This document shows positions 58,572 through 64,000 of a stretch of DNA of 64,000 nt, piece by piece. The stretch's first letter is position 1. Each line of letters starts with the position of its first letter. Source of the stretch: the human T2T-CHM13v2.0 reference genome, Homo sapiens. Position numbers and translations under genes: made by a program. The notes beneath the pieces are model-generated. The model ran no database searches and was not told the origin of the DNA. It saw only the letters and a list, made by a program, of their open reading frames with translations. Where the stretch lies: NCBI RefSeq assembly GCF_009914755.1, contig NC_060927.1; one strand, 5' to 3'.

Positions 58572-60273
58572 TGACCAATAGGGACCTGTCCTTATCCTCA
58601 TGGCAATACATTGGGGAGGTGAGAAAACTTCAGGGTGTGGCTCAATTGTTCATCTACAGAGGCCAGATCAGATACCTCACAGCTTCTAGTCTTGTCAAGC
58701 TTGGCTTGGAGGGAGAAGAATCACCCATCTTCTCAGATACCCTATCAGCTGGGACAGGAATGGGTTAGCAGCAGCCGTGATGAACTGAAGGAGAGAGGGC
58801 CTCCTTCATTTTCCCCATACCAGATTGGCCTCCTAATACTTCAGAGATTCCAAAGAAGCAGAGGGTCCTCCAATAATTACTTAGGCCACATTTCCCACCA
58901 AAGCAAGAATAGGGTCCAGAGTAGGATTTGAATTAAATAAAATGTGACATTTCTTACATGACTGAGATTAACATGTATTATATTACTGTTAGACCATTAA
59001 ACCCCAACATTATTAAAACCATACTGAAATTAGAAGGAAACAGAGGAATATCCAATGCCACCAACATTTACAAATAAAATGGAATGCCTCACATGTGCAT
59101 ATAAGGTAAAACCTGGAAATTGCTTTGTTGAGATTTGAGATTGGATATTTATAGCCTTGGTCATTTTCTTAGGCCACAGGAGTGATCCTCCTGTCCAGGC
59201 CTGGAGGGCTCTTTCTGAGAGCTCCAAAGTGCAAAGTACAAGCCCTGTCCATCTGCCAGCCTCATCCCTCTCACATATCCATGAACTGTGAGCCCATCTG
59301 GCAGTACTAGACTCAGCCCCTTGGGAGGAGCCTAGAAAAGTCTCTTCGACAGCACTAGAGAGATTAATAGCTGATACACTCTGGCCACCAGTGGGAGACC
59401 TTGGTAACAACCAGAGCCTATTATGAACACCAATATTTCCTCTTTCCACACAACCTGAGAGCAGGTGCAACATAAGCTATAAGTTACACGGAGCTCGTTG
59501 GCAGTTGGTGCTGGCCAGGATGTGCAGCAAATCTGGGGCTCATTTTGAACTACAAGTGACCACTCCAGGGAAACAGAGGCAGGCTCCCCAGGAAAAGGTG
59601 AATTACAGCATCTTCATCCCTAGGCTTGGGAGTAGTGGTGCAGTGGATGGGACTCCTGTATGTAAACTACAATACTCAGGGCAGTGAAGGCTGAGGGTGC
59701 TGAAGAGACTAAAACTGGCCACTGTGGGAGCAGTGCACACTGTGCTGTGCCATCCACTGGGAATGACTCTGGGCAGCTGCTCTGTCCCGTTCTTGAGGGT
59801 CAGAGGCTAAGCTGCTCCAGATGGGTGACAGTAGAATGCACACAGTTTCCCTGCTGGGCCTTCCACTTTTCTGTAGGAAAACACTATTGCCAAAAGATGA
59901 GTGAGAGATTGAAGAGAATGAAGGGCTGGCACACTCTGCCAGTGAGAAGAGTGTGATAGGCTCGGAGAAAGAATTGCTGGCATTTGCTGTTGACCTTGGC
60001 GCCTGAGTCCTTAGTGGAAAGGGTGCTAGCTGGAATTGGAAATCCCAGGTCCATGTATCAGCCCTACCCCAAACCAACTATGTGACCCAGGGCAAGTTGT
60101 ATCATCTGGGCCTCAGTTTCCCCACAAGTGATTTGCTAAAGTATTGAGGCGATAGCACAGAGCTTAGGGTGCTGCTAGCTCCCGTGTCAGTTTGTTCTTC
60201 CTGAAAGACTGGATTTTTGTTGCAGAGAGAATGTGAGGAGAACAAGAGTTTTTGGCTAAGAATGGTCAGGCCA

Positions 60274-60275
<2 letters not shown>

Positions 60276-60314
<39 letters not shown>

Positions 60315-60343
60315 CGTGCGTGCGCGCGTGTGTGTGTGTGTGT
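60276..60343 (+). repeat. 68-bp perfect alternating purine-pyrimidine (TG)n/(CG)n tract
   Basis: Directly visible, including cgtgcgtgcgtgcgcgcg. Confidence 0.97.
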
Positions 60344-60659
60344 TAGTAGAAGGAGGGAACACCAGAGGCTTATAGGGCCCTCTCCCTTTCCCCAGCAGGC
60401 CTCAAAGAACCGAAACATCATTCTGAATGCTTAACACTGATTGCAAGGAAATGAAGTCAATGTCTAAGGCACTCAGAAAAACAGTTTCTTTACCATGATG
60501 GATTTTTAGAAAATGAACTATCCCTGAAGATTCACTCCCTTGACTGGGGAGATAGACAGGAGGTACATAGGTGCTCATCCAGTGGCTGGATACATAGGGG
60601 TGGTTGTGAGGCAAGCTAGTGGGATGATCATGACAAAGCCCCAACTTGGGGGGACCCCT

Positions 60660-61198
60660 TGTGCAGAAAATGGCCCAGCAGGCCTAACTGCTGCCCTTTG
60701 AAAGGTCTGCTTACTGAGTCTTGGAACTTGGATTTCAAGATGGCTCCCTACACCCTCAGAACTGATCAACGTGGCTCACAGTGCCTAAGCGGTTTGTATA
60801 AACAATGTGGTTTATGCTGAACACTACTTTCCTTCTGAGACTCTGGAACTTTGGTATATGCTAGGCAGAAAATACTCATATGACCAGCTGCTAGTAGAAA
60901 CCCTGAGCTCTGAGTCTCTGATGAGCTCCCCAGATTGGCATATTTCACCCAGCAAATTGTCACAACTCGTTGCTGGGAAATGAAGCCTATTGTGTGTGAC
61001 TCTGGAAAGGAGCTCTGGAAGCTTACACCTGGTATCCCCTACACTTGACCCCATGGGCCTTTCCCTTTGCCAGTTGTGCTTGGTATGACTTTGCTATAAT
61101 CAATCAGAGCCATGACTCCAACTACATGCTGAGTCCTGTGAGCCCTCTTAATGAATTACCAAGCCTGAGAGTGGTGGTCTTGGGGGATCCCAGATACA
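60660..61198 (+). mobile_element. MER68-like ERVL solo LTR
   Basis: tgtgcagaaaa…agcaggccta…ggaacttggatttc…gtgcctaagcggtttgtataaacaatgtggtttatgctgaacac…atgctgagtcctgtgag…gtcttgggggatcccagataca. Confidence 0.8.
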
Positions 61199-62159
61199 CA
61201 TCCCCCATCCTGGACTTCCAGGCAAGTCCAAGACACCAAAGCCACTGCTACTGAACTGGGCCCAGGATTCTGGTCATTAAGGGAAGTTACTGACTCTTCT
61301 GCTGAATTCCATTCTTCTCTCCCAACCTCCACGCCCCTACTCTAAGGAGCTTTATGAGTTGAGGAGTCAGATTTTTGGGGGTGGATCTCTCAGGTAGTTC
61401 TACTGGACAGTGCTAATAAAGATATGACAGCAGGATCACCTGTCCCATTTCTAACCTCTTTAATTTTAAAGGGTAAGATCAAGTGCTTTGCTTGCTAAGA
61501 CTCAGAGCTGTCCAGCTCACCTGATGCAAGCAAACACAGGCATCCCAGCACCAAGACTGGAGGGTAGGTAAAACCATGGCAACAGCTTACAGAACCACTC
61601 TGCAGCAGGCAGGAAGGGACCTTACACCACTTTCCCAAAAGGGGAAACTGAGGCCCAGCTGGGTTATGTAAATGCATTTTCCACCCATGCAATACACATG
61701 TCTGTCACCACTCTTTTCTCACATTTCCATCTCTCTCCTACACCAGATCATGAGGCTCCTACGTAGTGCGGCATGAAGGTGCTCAGGGTTGAATAGACCT
61801 GACTCACCCGGCATTACACAGCTCGTTAGGAACAGGAGAGGAATTTGATTCCAGGTCTCCTGCCTTCCAGGGCAATGTTCCTTGTTGGGAAAGCCCCAGT
61901 ACATGGTACAGACAAAACTCCTTACTGTCCAAACCGTGCATGCTTGGGAGCATCCAGATTGGAAAGAATGTGCACGAGGTGGGCCCTCGAGAACACCAAC
62001 CAGCTGGGAGTCCTGGGCTGGGCTTTTTCTCTATCCCTTGATTTCTGAATCTCTGAAGGCACAGAAAGCTTCTGTCCTGGCCAGCATCAATCAGCTGACC
62101 AGGGGGAACCAGCTCCAAGATTTACCCCCTTACTCTGAGTAGAGACTGGAAATAAAACG

Positions 62160-63623
62160 GCAGCATGTAAGAGAAATGCTTTAACTTTATAAAAAATGTG
62201 ATAATACAGCAAGATATTGTTGGGGTTTTCTTTTTTTCTGTCAAGTAAGAAAAAAAAACACCTGGAATAAAAATTAGAAACATAATCTAAGAAAAATTGG
62301 AAACAAGCATTTCAAGGAAACAATTTGGAAAGATAAGGAAGAGAAAACAACAAGCAGCATGAGCAGCAAAAGCAGCAGCAACATGGGGGGAAAGCTGGCT
62401 CTGCTGTGAGGACAGAACAATCAAAGACCAACGTGCACCTTGCTTTCCATACCAGGCTGAGCTGAGGGGTGGGGTAAGGGTGGGCAGTAACCATCAGAGA
62501 GGCATGAAGGTTTCCCAGGTGGGATCAGCTGATGGCTGCTGGCTCACTGTGGGGAGAGGGTAGGCAATGGCCTCCTGCAAACGGGCCCAGATCCGCCCTC
62601 TTATAAGGCCTGCCAGCCAAGTGGCAGTGACGGATTTGGCTTAGCTGGCTCCCTCCTCTGTCCACTTGCTCCAATCTGCAGCTCTGCAGGTCACCATCCC
62701 ACAGTGATGAGCTCAGCAAGCAGAGACTCATCAGAACGTCAGCCTAAGCTAGGGTAGCGAACTTGCCAGGGAGAACCAAGAAAACTAGATGTACAGGGCT
62801 GTATACAAAACACTTTTTGGAATGTCTGCACCATAGCCAAGGCAGAGTTAGGACCACTTTGGAGAGGCAGCTGGGAATGCTCCCAGCAACATTCCCCAGC
62901 CTTTCCCCCTAGGGAAGGGACATCCAAAGAACACTGGGTGAATTCTTGACTACATTCTGAGGTAGTCTAACTGTGACTTGGCACAGGTAGCTAAGAATGA
63001 TCACAAAAAACAGAAGAAGGGAAGGCAGAAAAGTCGCCACAGAGAGAAAAGGCTAACATCTCTAACAGAAGAAGCTACACTACAAGTGGGCTCAGAGATG
63101 ACCAGAATGCGTCCTGGGCTCGGGGTGGCCAGTGGCAGGGCCCACCCCTGGGCACATACAGCTCTCATAGCACACTTGATGCTGCAGCAGTGTGGCAGGA
63201 GATGAGGGAATCCATAGAGAGATTTCCTGGCCCAGAGCAGCAGCAACTGAGGTGAGGAGAGTCTGTCCTAACACCTAGTCCTCTGCTACCAACTCATGTC
63301 ATGATGGGGATGAGCCAGACACCCCAGGGACCATGCAGTGAGGAGTCCCAACATTCCCTTCGACTACAACTTCTCTACCTGAATTTGTTTGTGGGGGAAA
63401 CTAATACTGCCAGACTCTACTTGGAAACACTTTAGAGGTGAGGGAGCAATCAGATCCTAAGCCACTGAAAGAGAAGTAATGAGAATAAAAAGCAATGGTG
63501 TTGTTAGACTCCCCTATTTTTAAAATGCTAATTCACATTCTTTTTGTCTTCTGCCCCAGCGCTCAGAATTCTAAGTCAGAATGGAATGTTCCGAAGGATG
63601 AGGAGGCTGCAGCTGTGTGGACA
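62160..63623 (-). other. TRANK1: Putative TRANK1 3'UTR
   Basis: Repeat-poor sequence between the stop codon at 63624 and the variant poly(A) signal. Confidence 0.6.
62180..62191 (-). terminator. Candidate variant polyadenylation signal (TATAAA at 62191-62186; GTTAAA at 62185-62180) for the terminal exon
   Basis: U-rich sequence upstream on the minus strand; cleavage would fall near 62160. The hexamers are non-canonical, so this is uncertain. Confidence 0.45.
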
Positions 63624-63724
63624 TTAGTATTTTCTCTGCTTTCCACATTTCCGAGAACGCCTTCTAGGCCGAAGCTCACCAAAGTCTTCAACTTCATTTT
63701 CATAATCATCTTCCTGAACAATAC
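63624..63724 (-). CDS. TRANK1: Terminal coding exon, probably TRANK1 (TPR and ankyrin repeat-containing protein 1): (x)IVQEDDYENEVEDFGELRPRRRSRKCGKQRKY*
   Basis: Strong acceptor (Y)n-TTCAG|GT at 63726-63725; 2 nt + 33 codons to TAA; acidic block followed by a basic NLS-like tail. The ORF track misses it (wrong frames). Gene identity is from the recalled C-terminus and adjacency to an HSPD1 pseudogene. Confidence 0.8.
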
Positions 63725-63726
63725 CT

Positions 63727-63844
63727 GAAGAAAGAAAGAAGGAAGGAAGGAAGGAAGGAAAGAAGGGAGGGAGGGAGGGAAGGAAAGAAGGAAGGAAGGA
63801 AGGAAGGAAAGGAGGAAGGGAGGAAGGAAGAAAGGAAGGAAGGG
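63727..63844 (+). repeat. (GGAA)n/(GGGA)n/(GAAA)n purine microsatellite, read as a (TTCC)n polypyrimidine tract on -
   Basis: Pure purine run directly adjacent to the acceptor AG. Confidence 0.95.
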
Positions 63845-64000
63845 CAGAATGGTGATTTTTTTTCCCAATCCACTGTAAAATATAGCATCCTAGTAAAACC
63901 TAGTGTCTCCGTAATCATTGGTTTAAATTAATGAAATAAAACTTTCTGCCAGGGTTCCAGAGAAAGAGAGATTTCCTTTGAGTACTGATGACTCCCAAAA

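Noticed and set aside
59381-59400. CTCF-like motif TGGCCACCAGTGGGAG (weaker ones at ~697, ~57513, ~62614)
   Set aside because: Mismatches at conserved core positions; cannot be called without PWM scoring or ChIP data.
60645-60660. cttggggggaccc just upstream of MER68, resembling that LTR's own 3' end (tandem-LTR remnant?)
   Set aside because: Only ~13 bp and low complexity; consistent with chance.
63563-63918. ORF-track 101-aa and 70-aa minus-strand ORFs
   Set aside because: They start in the intronic microsatellite and use the wrong frames; the real coding frame is the spliced 63724-63624 exon.

Overview
Primate, almost certainly human, genomic DNA dominated by interspersed repeats (Alu, L1, L2, MIR, ERVL/MaLR LTRs, hAT DNA transposons). 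The only exon that looks live is a minus-strand terminal coding exon at 63624-63724 (…IVQEDDYENEVEDFGELRPRRRSRKCGKQRKY*) with a ~1.45 kb 3'UTR; I recognise it as the end of TRANK1. A disabled HSPD1/HSP60 processed pseudogene lies at ~1957-4233 (-). Together these suggest the DCLK3-HSPD1P6-TRANK1 interval at 3p22.2 (locus assignment from memory, not from a search). I see no evidence of a new multi-gene biological system. Structures the ORF track misses: (1) an Alu-arm + HSPD1 composite retro-insertion sharing one TSD; (2) an old L1PB insertion carrying a ~395 bp 3' transduction; (3) a decayed hAT/Charlie-type transposase fossil at ~10.3-11.5 kb; (4) four short non-tandem local duplications within 15 kb; (5) a TRANK1 last-intron acceptor whose pyrimidine tract is an adenosine-free (TTCC)n microsatellite, implying a distant branch point. 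Repeat subfamily names come from recalled consensus sequences and need Dfam/RepeatMasker confirmation.
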